Origin: an uncultured delta proteobacterium
Lineage (GTDB): Bacteria > Desulfobacterota > WTBG01 > CAIYCZ01
NCBI GenBank assembly: GCA_963803975.1
Contig: CAWDOY010000005.1
Span: 42,500 to 106,499, forward strand
Direction: 5' to 3'
DNA length: 64,000 nt
Positions 21,055 through 30,915 of this stretch are shown here, one piece after another. The notes under the pieces were generated by a model. That model was not told the DNA's origin. It made no database searches and was given only the letters and a program-made list of their open reading frames with translations. The position numbers and the translations under genes were made by a program. Every line of letters starts with the position of its first letter. Position 1 is the stretch's first letter.

Positions 21055-22648
21055 TTAGGGAACAAGTTCTTTCCAGTAATTGAGCGTAAGGGCTCCGGAT
21101 GTGATAGTAAACGTGCCGTCATCTTCAAACACTCTTTTGGTCTATGCGGTAGGCATTCTGGACTTTGCCGGTACTGGTAACAGAATAGACAGGCGAGCTG
21201 TAACAAAACTCTGTGGTGGTAACATTACTGCCGGTCCAGCTTGTGGTCTGGGTGGGATTATATAAGGATGCATCACAGTTTTCTTGAACGTAACTTATCT
21301 CCGTGGCAGTTAGGTAGGCTGGTCTGCGTATCCAGAAAACGCGCAAAGCTCGAGCTGGTATCCGCAGGATTGGAACTGATCATGGAAGAAAACGGTGTTG
21401 TTGCCCTGCGGGTTATAATCGCACTTGCCAGCGTAGCAGGGTCTCGTTGCCCCAAGGCCCAGCGGGTCAAAGACTGCTTGCAGTACCTGCAGGGGAGCGG
21501 TATTTATATTGATTGGTGCGCGGGAACCTGTTGTCCGCTGTACATTGGGGTTCACCCAGGAATAGACCGTGACATAATTTTTTATCAAATCGTAATATGC
21601 AGTGGTCATGCCGCTTACCTGCTGCACTTCCTCAACCGTGTCAAACAGGCTGCTGCCGCGGTAGGTCACAATATTGGTTGCAAGGGTATTTGCCGTGGCA
21701 TCAGCAATACCGCACTCAACCATGAGATACCGGAGCAGGGACTGTGACGCATAATTGAGGTGCACCTTGCCCTGCTCATCATCAATGGGCGCTGATTCAA
21801 CCACACCGCTTCCCAGGCCAATATTTACTGTTTTTGTGCGTGCCGTCGCTGTTTTTAAACGTGGTGTACCAGGGCTCGGTAACTGCATCGTTTTTAGTGG
21901 TAACCCGGATGCAGAGATAATCAATATAGGTGCTTCTGCTTCCAGAGACACAATATGCGCGGATTCGAAAATTGTTTCCACTGCTTGCCAGCAGATTACT
22001 CCAGCTGGGCGTCGCTGCAATGGTTCTGAATTCAAAATTGGGGCTGGCCGTACTGGTGGAGGAAATCGTAACGGTGCTGCCCACATTGACAGGAGAAGTC
22101 CAAGTTCCATCCAGAGTATATTGTAACTGGATAACGGTATTCGTTCCTCCGCTCTGCCGTGATGCCCTGATGCCGATATCCATTGCTTTTATGGGCGTGC
22201 CGCACAAATTATAGCGCTGCTGAAAATCATAGACCTGAAGATAACGCTCGGCGGCAGGGGTTAATGTACAATAATAAAAGGTGTGTACTGGTGAGGGAGG
22301 TTCCGTAAAAAAGCGCTCTGGTAGGATTGGTAAGCCCTGTACCCGCTGGCGCTGACATACGCCGTCCAGACACGGGGTCACACAGTAGCCCGCTGCCGTA
22401 TCATCGGTGGTCTGGGTGGTGCTGGCATCATCACGAATCTCACGCACCGCCCGCTCAATACCGGCCTCGGCAATATAAAATGCCCGGGACGCTGTCAGCT
22501 GGTTTGACGCAACCATGTTCCCGATGTTGGTCATCGATATAATGCTGATGCCGAGAACACTTATCATCATTATAAGAAGAACGATGACAATAGCGGACAC
22601 ACCGCTTTGGCCATGGATTATTGATTTATTGGGGGATGTAAACAGCAT
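21055..22648 (-). CDS. Large GspK-like minor pilin (PilX-type N-terminus, beta-rich insert, GspK domain); several frameshifts
   Basis: G/VSAIVIV...RAFYIAEAGIERA N-terminus; GspK-like DEQGKVHLN, FDTVEEV and ININTAPLQVL; C-terminal YWKELVP-stop at 21055; pieces lie in ORFs 21797..22687, 21310..22110, 21273..21470, 21125..21346. Confidence 0.7.
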
Positions 22649-22649
22649 A

Positions 22650-23126
22650 TCATGCAAGCTCTCTTCGCATGAGGATGTCTGTTGCAAAAGACCGGGACAC
22701 TCCCCCGGCTGAAAATGTTAAATTCTGCACCGAGAGAATCGTGTTGCCTGCTGTAAGCGCGCATTGGAACGTTGAAACATTCTGCAGGATACTCTGGTCT
22801 GCTCCCTCTACCCGGTGCAGATCGCTGCCGGACAGATAGTAGCGCACTGTTTCAATAACCCCGTCTCCATCAACATCAGCCGTCACACTAAAGTCAGAAG
22901 AGCTGGTGAGGGTCATGGTGTCTGCCTGCCGGACTTCACTGTCCATGCGCGCTAAAATGACCCGCGCATTTTGATTGAGATCCTGGTCGCTGACCGTCAT
23001 ATTAAACAGCAATGCCTGAGAGCTGAAGTAACCGGTGAACATAGTGGCAAGTATTCCTATTATCACAATGGTGCAGATCATTTCGATCAGGGTAAATCCC
23101 GCGCTATCTTTCATATGCTTTACCAT
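22650..23126 (-). CDS. Minor pilin (MshO/GspJ-like)
   Basis: G/FTLIEMICTIVIIGI prepilin motif; overlaps the upstream gene's stop. Confidence 0.8.
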   Translation of the reverse strand: MVKHMKDSAGFTLIEMICTIVIIGILATMFTGYFSSQALLFNMTVSDQDLNQNARVILARMDSEVRQADTMTLTSSSDFSVTADVDGDGVIETVRYYLSGSDLHRVEGADQSILQNVSTFQCALTAGNTILSVQNLTFSAGGVSRSFATDILMRRELA

Positions 23127-23515
23127 CAGCTGTGATTAGCTAACACCGTGGTGAGTTTCAAACTGTTTCCGGAAGCTGACACGGTTACTTCGACCTTTTT
23201 GTACGTTGTCGAGCCCGCGTCATCCAGGAATCCGGCATCAACCGGGGTTGCGGTTGTCGTCCAGCTATAGGCAGCATGCGGCGCTGAAAAAGTGCCGCTG
23301 CCGCTGCTTGCCGAGGCATAGCCCGACTGGATATAGCCATCCATTTTCCTCTGTCCAAGCTCGGTTGCTACGGTAACAAAATCAGCCTGGCCCATGGAAA
23401 GCCCCGCGCCATAGAACATATTCATCAAAGGCACAACACCGATTGCCACAATAACAATAATTATTATCATTTCAATCAGGGTAAAGCCTTTGGTGTTTTT
23501 ATGTGCGTTGAACAT
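23126..23515 (-). CDS. Minor pilin (MshD/GspI-like)
   Basis: G/FTLIEMIIII; C-terminal YKKVEVTV. Confidence 0.8.
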   Translation of the reverse strand: MFNAHKNTKGFTLIEMIIIIVIVAIGVVPLMNMFYGAGLSMGQADFVTVATELGQRKMDGYIQSGYASASSGSGTFSAPHAAYSWTTTATPVDAGFLDDAGSTTYKKVEVTVSASGNSLKLTTVLANHS

Positions 23516-23541
23516 GATACAGTACCTGCTTATTGTTACGT

Positions 23542-24042
23542 TCAGCTTGCCGTGACCCGTCCGGTGTTTGCCAGCACCGAGATGGTCATGGAATTTCCGC
23601 CGCCGGAAACAATAACAGATCCGCCCCCGCCGGTGCTCGGGGCTCCAAGATAATCAAACTCTACCGTATAGTCGCCGCCGATTATAACGCCGGGATAATC
23701 AGTAGCGACAACGACAGTATAGTTTCCTGCCTTGAGCGGATGGCTCATAATGGTTTCAGCGCCGCTGCTGCGGTTTACCTGATAGACTGAATAGCTGTTA
23801 GTGCTTGCATAAAAATAGACTTTATAATTATATGCAGTGCTCACTGCCTGGGACTGTGCATAGCGGATATCCGCGGCAATAGCCTGCGCAGCAGCACTGA
23901 CGCGGATGCCCGGCAGGCCCTGAAACCGGGGATAGGCAATGGCGGCAAGAATGCCAAGAATAACAATGACGAGAATTAATTCTATGGCGGTGAAGCCGCG
24001 CTCTTGTTTCATGAAAAATTGCTTAACAGATGATAAGCCCAT
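23542..24042 (-). CDS. Minor pilin (MshC/GspH-like)
   Basis: G/FTAIELILVIVILGILAAIAYP; ADIRYAQSQA; FDYLGAP. Confidence 0.8.
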   Translation of the reverse strand: MGLSSVKQFFMKQERGFTAIELILVIVILGILAAIAYPRFQGLPGIRVSAAAQAIAADIRYAQSQAVSTAYNYKVYFYASTNSYSVYQVNRSSGAETIMSHPLKAGNYTVVVATDYPGVIIGGDYTVEFDYLGAPSTGGGGSVIVSGGGNSMTISVLANTGRVTAS

Positions 24043-24166
24043 GCCTATTATCTTCGTCTTAAATGACCTCTTTCTTTAAAATAATATTGTTATTATAAAT
24101 AGATGCAATTCTTCCGGATGCTTCGATTCGCCGCCTTCAGCACATTAAAAAAGGGGAAAAAGCCGC

Positions 24167-24274
24167 TTGTTACTTACGTTGCAAAACACTTGACAGGGCT
24201 GCAAAAAGTCAGTAGAATCGAACCATGCCACGCCAAGCCCGTTTAGATGTCCCCGACGCCCTCCACCACATCAT
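24167..24274 (+). mobile_element. 108-bp truncated copy of the left end of the RAYT element (partial TIR, promoter, start of the transposase ORF)
   Basis: Matches 24796-24903 at 106/108 positions; reads MPRQARLDVPDALHHI then diverges to ICVHPRP-stop. Confidence 0.92.
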
Positions 24275-24298
24275 CTGCGTTCATCCGCGTCCATAGAT

Positions 24299-24724
24299 TC
24301 AGTATTCAACCCCCTCCTCCACAGTTAGCGGCGGCTTGTAATGCCAGCGGTACTGTTTACCGTTAATAGCGGCTGCAAAAGTATTATCACCGGAGAGCTG
24401 AATGCCGCCCTTATCTTCCAGATTGTCATACACCGATTTTATGGTGATATTCTGAATGGTGCTGCCCGGCACATTACCCAGCGCGACGTTGGCATAGGTA
24501 ATGGTTGCCGCTGCGCGCAGGATGCAGGTAAACGCCTTAACGGTTGCCTCGTCAGCCTGCCGTGACAGGCTGTTATAGCGGGCGACCGCAACCACCGTAA
24601 ACACTGCGAATACTGCCAGAATAATCACCAGCTCAATGAGAGACAGTGCCCTGTTATCCTGCAAAAAATTCCGCTCATCTTTATTATGTGACATACGGTA
24701 CCTTGCAAAATAATTAGTAAACAT
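24299..24724 (-). CDS. Divergent MshA/MshB-like pilin with an atypical cleavage site (A/LSLIE)
   Basis: NRA-LSLIELVIILAVF...ARY; ADEATVKA..LRAA...YA parallels AADATARA..MRSA...YA in the major pilin. Confidence 0.75.
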   Translation of the reverse strand: MFTNYFARYRMSHNKDERNFLQDNRALSLIELVIILAVFAVFTVVAVARYNSLSRQADEATVKAFTCILRAAATITYANVALGNVPGSTIQNITIKSVYDNLEDKGGIQLSGDNTFAAAINGKQYRWHYKPPLTVEEGVEY

Positions 24725-24818
24725 CCCCCATGTAGCTAAATTTCATCACAGTGTCAACGATAAAACAGGTTAACTTTGGGACGACTTTGGGGACGTTGTT
24801 ACTTACGTTGCAAAATAC

Positions 24819-24847
24819 TTGACAGGGCTGCAAAAAGTCAGTAGAAT
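24819..24847 (+). promoter_or_regulatory. Near-consensus sigma70 promoter of the transposase; probably gives a leaderless mRNA
   Basis: TTGACA-17 nt-TAGAAT; ATG is 6 nt downstream with no Shine-Dalgarno; identical copy at 24190-24218. Confidence 0.8.
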
Positions 24848-24853
24848 CGAACC

Positions 24854-25825
24854 ATGCCACGCCAAGCCCGTTTAGATGTCCCCGGCGCCCTCCACCACAT
24901 CATGGTCCGGGGAATCGACAAATCAAATATCTTCCGCGACACAAAGGATAAAGCCCAGTTCCTTGAACGCCTCGGACAAAACGTTCAGGACGCAAAATGT
25001 TCCGTCTACGCCTGGGTCCTCATGGACAACCATGTTCATATCCTTTTCCGAAGCGGACAAAGCGGCATATCAGCCGTCATGAGGAAGCTTCTTACCTGGT
25101 ACGCCCAATACTTCAACCGCAGGCACCGCCGGAGGGGACATCTCTTCGAGAACCGGTACAAATCCATACTCTGCGACGAGGACAATTATCTCCTTGCCCT
25201 CGTTCGATACATACATCTTAACCCCGTTCGGGCAAGGATCATCCAGACGATGACAGAGATGGACAAATACCCCTGGAGCGGCCATCGGTCTATTATCGAA
25301 AAGGCAAAATACCCATGGATGGATACTGCAACGGTATTGGCACAGTTCGGAGGCACGAAAAGAAAAACAATAAAGGAATACAGGCGTTTTATCCAGGAAG
25401 GCATGAATCAGGGCCACGATCCACAGTTTTCCGGCGGCGGGCTTGTTCGGAGTCTCGGTGGGTGGTCCAATGTCCTCTCCTTGAGACGGAAAGGCCAGCG
25501 GGAGGAGACGGACGAACGGGTCCTTGGGAGCGGTGATTTCGTGCAACAAGTTATCAAAGAAGCAGAAGACAAGTCGCTTCGGCAAATGAAGCTCAAAAGA
25601 TCAGGACTAACTCTGACAAAGATCATCGAGCAAGAATGCATAAAAGGGCAGATCAGCCAGAAAGAACTTGAGAACGGCAGCCGGCGGTCAAAGGTAAGCC
25701 AAGCGCGTGCCCAGATCGCACGACGCGGCATGGAAGAGATCGGGCTTTCAGCGGCTGAGATTGCACGACGTCTAGGCGTAGCCACATCAAGCATTACGCG
25801 GGCGATTGAAAAACTGGAGAGCTGA
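24854..25825 (+). CDS. REP-associated tyrosine transposase (RAYT)-like HUH/Y1 enzyme with C-terminal HTH
   Basis: MPRxAR..PG..HHIMVRG, LMDNHVH (HUH), GHLFENRY, YIHLNPVRA, YPWS; C-terminal SAAEIARRLGVATSSI HTH. Confidence 0.92.
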   Translation: MPRQARLDVPGALHHIMVRGIDKSNIFRDTKDKAQFLERLGQNVQDAKCSVYAWVLMDNHVHILFRSGQSGISAVMRKLLTWYAQYFNRRHRRRGHLFENRYKSILCDEDNYLLALVRYIHLNPVRARIIQTMTEMDKYPWSGHRSIIEKAKYPWMDTATVLAQFGGTKRKTIKEYRRFIQEGMNQGHDPQFSGGGLVRSLGGWSNVLSLRRKGQREETDERVLGSGDFVQQVIKEAEDKSLRQMKLKRSGLTLTKIIEQECIKGQISQKELENGSRRSKVSQARAQIARRGMEEIGLSAAEIARRLGVATSSITRAIEKLES

Positions 25826-25869
25826 ACCACATCGCAACGTAAGTAACAACGTCCCTAAAGACTAAAACT

Positions 25870-27961
25870 ATGCAAAGAAACAACGGGAAGCTGTTTTTCG
25901 TCAGCTTTTTAATGCTGTTTATGGAGCTGTTTTTAATCCGCTGGATCTCTACCGAGGTGCGGATTTTTGCCTATGTAAGCAATCTGGTGCTGCTGGCATG
26001 TTTTCTTGGCGTCGGAGCAGGCTGCTACCTTGCTAAAAAAGAGGCGAACCTTTTCATCACCCTGGCAATGCTGGTGCTGATCGCCCTTTCCGTTAAATGT
26101 CTGCCGTTTATTTATATCACTGATATGCTCGGCGGCTTTGCGGATTCCATCATCTGGTTTCAATTCCAGGAGGGTAGCCTTATCGTGTCGCTGCAGGGGG
26201 TCGTGCTTACCATCTATCTGTTCCTGATGATTCTTGTTGCGTTTATACCGCTGGGGCAGATACTGGGAAGTCTTCTGGACAATCACCGCAATATCATCGC
26301 TGCCTACTCAATTAATATTATCGGCAGCCTTATCGGCATCTGGGTGTTCAGCCTCTTGTCGTTCTATTACACGCCGCCGTGGATGTGGCTGCTGAGCGCG
26401 CTTGTCATGCTCTTCTTTTTTATCCCCCGCTCAAAGCTGTACATGACCGTGTTTGCGGCAGCATCGGTGCTGTGCCTGCTCGTTACCGGAACGCACAATC
26501 CCGGCAGAACTCTGTTGTGGAGCCCCTACCAGAAGCTTGAGGTACGGCCATCAACCTATAAAGGGGTACAGAATGGATACCTCATTACGGTAAATTCAGT
26601 CAGCTATATGAGCGCGACCAATCTTTCCCGGGAGTTTTTACAGGGGCACCCGTCTTTCTATGACCCGGACATCTTACGATATAACCCGTACGAAATCCCC
26701 TATCTATTCCATAATACCCCTGACCGCGTGCTCATCGTTGGTGCCGGGGCCGGCAATGATATTGCCGGCGCCTTGCGCAACAAGGCCCGGGAAATAGACG
26801 CGGTGGAGATTGACCCCGGCATCCATGCGCTCGGCGCGCAGCTTCATCCGGAAAAGCCGTATCAGAATCCCCGGGTGCATACAGTAATTGATGATGCCAG
26901 AGCTTACTTTAAAAAAACAACTAAAAAATATGATCTCATTGTATTCGGTCTCCTTGACTCTCACACGCTCTCTTCCCAGTACAACAATATGCGGCTGGAC
27001 CACTACGTCTATACCGAGGAAAGCTTTCAGGAGGCCCGGAAGCTGTTGAAAGATGACGGCATACTGGTGGTCTCGTTTGCCGCACAAAAAGACTGGATCG
27101 GCGTGCGGCTGAATGGTGTATTGAAAAAGGTTTTTAACGAGGTGCCGTACACATTTGCGACCGTGCTTCCGGCGGAGGGTTCCCTATGGGGCAGCCTTAT
27201 GTTTATCACCGGCAACAATCCGGCAAAGATTAAACAGTGGGTTGAAGCGCGCCCGGAGCTAAGAGACTATGTGCGTAAAAATGCGTTCCAGTGCTCGGGC
27301 TCGGTGAAGCTGATATCCGATGACTGGCCCTATCTCTACATTGAGGCCCCGTCTATCCCGCGCATGTATCTGCTCATCATCATGGCGCTGGCGGTCCTCT
27401 TCATTGCGGCGTATCGCCTTATGGGGAGCGCGGGAGAAGGCGGCATTAACTGGCATTTCTTTTTTCTGGGCGCCGCGTTTATGCTCCTTGAGTTCCAGAA
27501 CGTGAGCAAATCAGCCCTGCTGTTTGGCTCAACCTGGATGGTCAACGCCTATATTATATCCGCCATCCTGGTGCTCATACTGCTGGCAAACATATGTGCC
27601 TATTATTTTCAAATTAAAAATACCCTGCCTGTTTATACCATTCTGCTGGCTTCTGTTCTGATGGTATATTTTATTCCCCTGGATATTTTTAATAATTTCG
27701 GGTATCCCGCTAAATCAATTCTGGTGTCGCTCATCATCAATGTCCCGATATTTTTTGCCGGACTCATTTTTATTACTTCATTCAGCAACGCTGCATCACA
27801 GGGACACGGCCTTTGGCTCAAACCTCATGGGCGCTGCCCTTGGCGGGCTTCTGGAGCCGCTTTCTTTTGTAATGGGAATAAAAGCGCTGCTGCTGGTAGT
27901 ATTGCTCCTGTATGCCCTGTCATATCTTTTCTCTGCACAAAACCGCAGGCAGCTGATTTAA
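25870..27961 (+). CDS. Polytopic membrane protein with a spermidine-synthase-like SAM-binding domain; frameshift near 27800
   Basis: N-terminal TM bundle; WSPYQK, VLIVGAGAGND, AVEIDP, DDAR, YT.ESF, DDWPYLY; the true C-terminal TMs (GSNLMGAALGG) are in ORF 27740..27961. Confidence 0.85.
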
Positions 27962-27983
27962 AAGACAAGCGCACGAAGCAACA

Positions 27984-30456
27984 TTATTTCTTGCGCCGCA
28001 CATAAAACCATGCTGCGATCCCGATTACTGTTAGCAAGCTTATAAGCGCTCCGATTTTAAAGCTCACCGGCTCATACGCAAAGTGCACCTCATACTCGCC
28101 GGGCTCAAGGGCAATAGCCCGGAACGCATAGTTTGCCCGCATAATTTTTTTTGGTTTTCCGCCTGATTGTCCAAACCTCATTGTTTTGCACCGGGTACAC
28201 CACGGCTTTCCACCCCGGGTAGTAGGTATCACTTACTGCCAGCAATGAATTCTGCGGCACCGTAACGCGCAACCGTAACGAATTATTGCTCTCGGACAAC
28301 ATGCGCACCGAACCGGGTTTCGCAGCATGTGCAACATCGCCCTCCCACTGCGGCTGCTCTTCGAGAAAAACCTCCTGGTCCGGGTGGAATGACTTTGAGA
28401 GAAGTGGTTGAAGAATTTCTTTTGCAGCCAGCACCCGGTAGTTTTTAACCAGCCACGCCCGTTCATGAAAATTCCGGGTTTGATACAGCTTGATGGTATT
28501 CTTGTTTATCAGTTCCTCTCGTGCGCCCGAAAGCCCCTCTAAACGGGCAGATACAAGCTCAAAGCGGGGCTCCTTGTCAAGCGGGGTAACTGATACAACA
28601 TATTTTACCCCGTAGAGTTCAAGCAGATTAGTATCACCAATGGATGCACGGGTAGTAAATGCCCCATACAGATCATCGCTTCGCTGCAGGCGGATAACAT
28701 CAAGCCCCCACATATCGTGAATATTGTAAAGCATGTTCATGGTCGGCAGGTGTTTTTCCTTCATTGCCTCAAACGGCGAGCAGCCGGCTAATAAAATAGA
28801 ACTGTCCTGCGCCGTAGTCTTTGCGGTTGAAAAGGTCCGGAACCAGTCCCGGTCCGCAGTGATAATTTCCTCTATCCGGGTTTTCTTGAAATAGTCAGCT
28901 GTCTTTTCCTTTCCATAAAAACCCATAATGCCAAAAAGGTCAGCTATGAGACAAATGGTCAATAAGACCGATGCCCATTTCTTCCATCCCGATTCACACC
29001 CGACCCACAGCAAAAGCAAAAAAAGAATGCAATAGAATAAAAAACGTTTCGCATGAAAGAGATTTATGGCGAGGTAATTGTACGCGGGGAAATCAAAACC
29101 CCAGATTTTAAGCAGGCCTTCAATCGTTTCATGCTGCAGCGTCAGCAGAAGCAGCAGCAGTGCTGACACACAGGACCATGAGAGCAGCAGTTTCTTAATC
29201 CTTGCGCGATACTGCTCTCCACAAAGAGCCTGGAATCCCAAACCTGATGTTATAGAAAGCGTTAATATTGCTATATAGAGAAATTTTACCGGGTACCTGA
29301 GCCCCCCGAACAGGGGAACATAATTAAACAGCAAGGGATACAGCGGGTTGTATTGCCCCAGGGACAAAAAAACAGAGCTCACTATCAAGGCGGCATAGAG
29401 CTTTCTTCCCCGGCCTAATAAAAAATAGAGGAGGCTTAGAATAAAGGGAAGTCCTCCGGTGTAGAGCGTCTTCAGCCAGCATTGATTACTCCAGTATTTG
29501 TCTTTATTAATAAAATATCCATAGGCATCATTGAAAAAAAACAGGAGCATGTCCTTCGGAGAAAAGCTCCAGGTTGTTGCTTCGTGGAAGGAAAGCCCCC
29601 TGCCGCGTATTGAATGGCTGAACAGCTCGAGACAGGGAATGAGCTGAATCGCGGCAAGCAGGGCAAAGATGCAGAGCACCATGGCCAGGCTGCGAAAGCC
29701 ATAGAGCAAATTTTTGTGCCGCTCATCACAAAAAAATAGCATCAGGAGAAGAATAATGACATTGCCGTAGACATTCTCAAGCCCTCCCCCTAAAAATGAA
29801 ACAGCCATAAGGACGGCGGTTATAATCTCATTGCTGCTGCCCGGACGCATCAGCGCCCTCCTGAAAAACATGATGATCAGGGGAGTCCAGGTTACCGTGA
29901 GGAGCGTTGGCAAAAGGCTGTGAATAGAGAGCAGATACCCGCTCAGCATGAAAATAAGACCGGCAATGAGTGCGCCGACAGCGCCCGCTTTTAAATCTCT
30001 CAAGAGCAGATAGGTAAACACGCCGGACAGAAAGAAATGAAGAACAATAATAGTGTTGAAAGCTATATCAAACGGGAGAATAAAAAAAAGGCTGTTTAAA
30101 GGATAGAGGATAGCGTATTGCGGGTTGGCAAAAAAGGGATACCCGCAGAACTGATACGGATTCCATAAGGGGAAATCCCCCCGCTTGATGCTCTCCACCC
30201 AGAAGAACCGGGGGGGAATAAAGTAGGCGCTTAAATCCCGCTCAATGAGAAGAAATCTGCCGGGAATGAGGTCGATAAAAAACAATACTGCAGCAGAAAG
30301 AAGGGTCAAAGAAGCATATACATCGCTTGATTTGACCCTTCTTGTATTAGCTGTAGCCGGATTAGTCACGGAGCATTGATCCGTCTGCAAAACAGTCTCA
30401 AGTTCGGCAATAGGTGGTACTTTGTTACGCAGTTCATGTCTCGAGCTGCAAATCAC
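27984..30456 (-). CDS. YfhO-family GT-C-type membrane protein; frameshift near 28150-28200
   Basis: PLWNPYQFCGYPFFANPQ..LYP, LRYPVKF, SDTYYPGWKA and RANYAFRAI..PGEYEVHFAYEP plus a final TM (ORF 27984..28232); GTG start overlaps the pilin TGA. Confidence 0.85.
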
Positions 30457-30815
30457 CAGGTAGCTGTGGCAGAATAAACCGTTCCCGGAGCAGTTGTGCT
30501 GTAGGAAAACGTGTACGTATTTCCTGCGATGCTGACCGACATGGTGCTGGCACCTGCTGCAGTGGCATCAACGCCCTGGATCTGAGCATTGCTGACAACC
30601 GATGTCCAGTCATAGGTTGTGTTTTTAACAATATACTGGGCATAGAGCATCGAATTGGCTGACCGCATTGAGCCCAGTATGGCCCGTGCCGTGGCATCTG
30701 CAGCAGAACTCTTTAAATCAATATAGCGCGGAATGGCTATAGCAGCAAGAATACCAAGGATCACGATGACCATGATCAGTTCAATAAGTGTAAAACCCTT
30801 TTGTGACTTTTTCAT
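30453..30815 (-). CDS. mshA: Major type IV pilin (MshA-like)
   Basis: KG/FTLIELIMVIVILGILAAIAIPRY; strong RBS AAGGAGG; downstream of the platform gene; no Cys; Ser/Thr-rich C-terminal half. Confidence 0.85.
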   Translation of the reverse strand: MKKSQKGFTLIELIMVIVILGILAAIAIPRYIDLKSSAADATARAILGSMRSANSMLYAQYIVKNTTYDWTSVVSNAQIQGVDATAAGASTMSVSIAGNTYTFSYSTTAPGTVYSATATW

Positions 30816-30915
30816 AACTATTTCCTCCTTCGTTACGTTGCTTGACTAAAAAAATATGGTTTAATTCTATCTGCTTAATGTATTTCGCCTCTCTCATTGT
30901 TTTCTGTATTTGTAA

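Larger units (their letters stand above)
24790..25855 (+). mobile_element. HUH (Y1) transposase element bounded by perfect 22-bp terminal inverted repeats
   Basis: GGGACGTTGTTACTTACGTTGC (24790-24811) and its exact reverse complement GCAACGTAAGTAACAACGTCCC (25834-25855) enclose only the promoter and the transposase gene. Confidence 0.9.

Noticed and set aside
21470..21760. ComEA-like DNA-binding HhH domain in the large minor pilin
   Set aside because: ININTA and DEQGK.HLN motifs are explained by the GspK family; DNA binding is unsupported
30453..30815. Major pilin as an electrically conductive e-pilin (11 aromatics in 113 mature residues; F1, Y24, Y51)
   Set aside because: No aromatic at position 27, context is MSHA-like rather than Geobacter pilA, and aromatic-content rules are weak predictors
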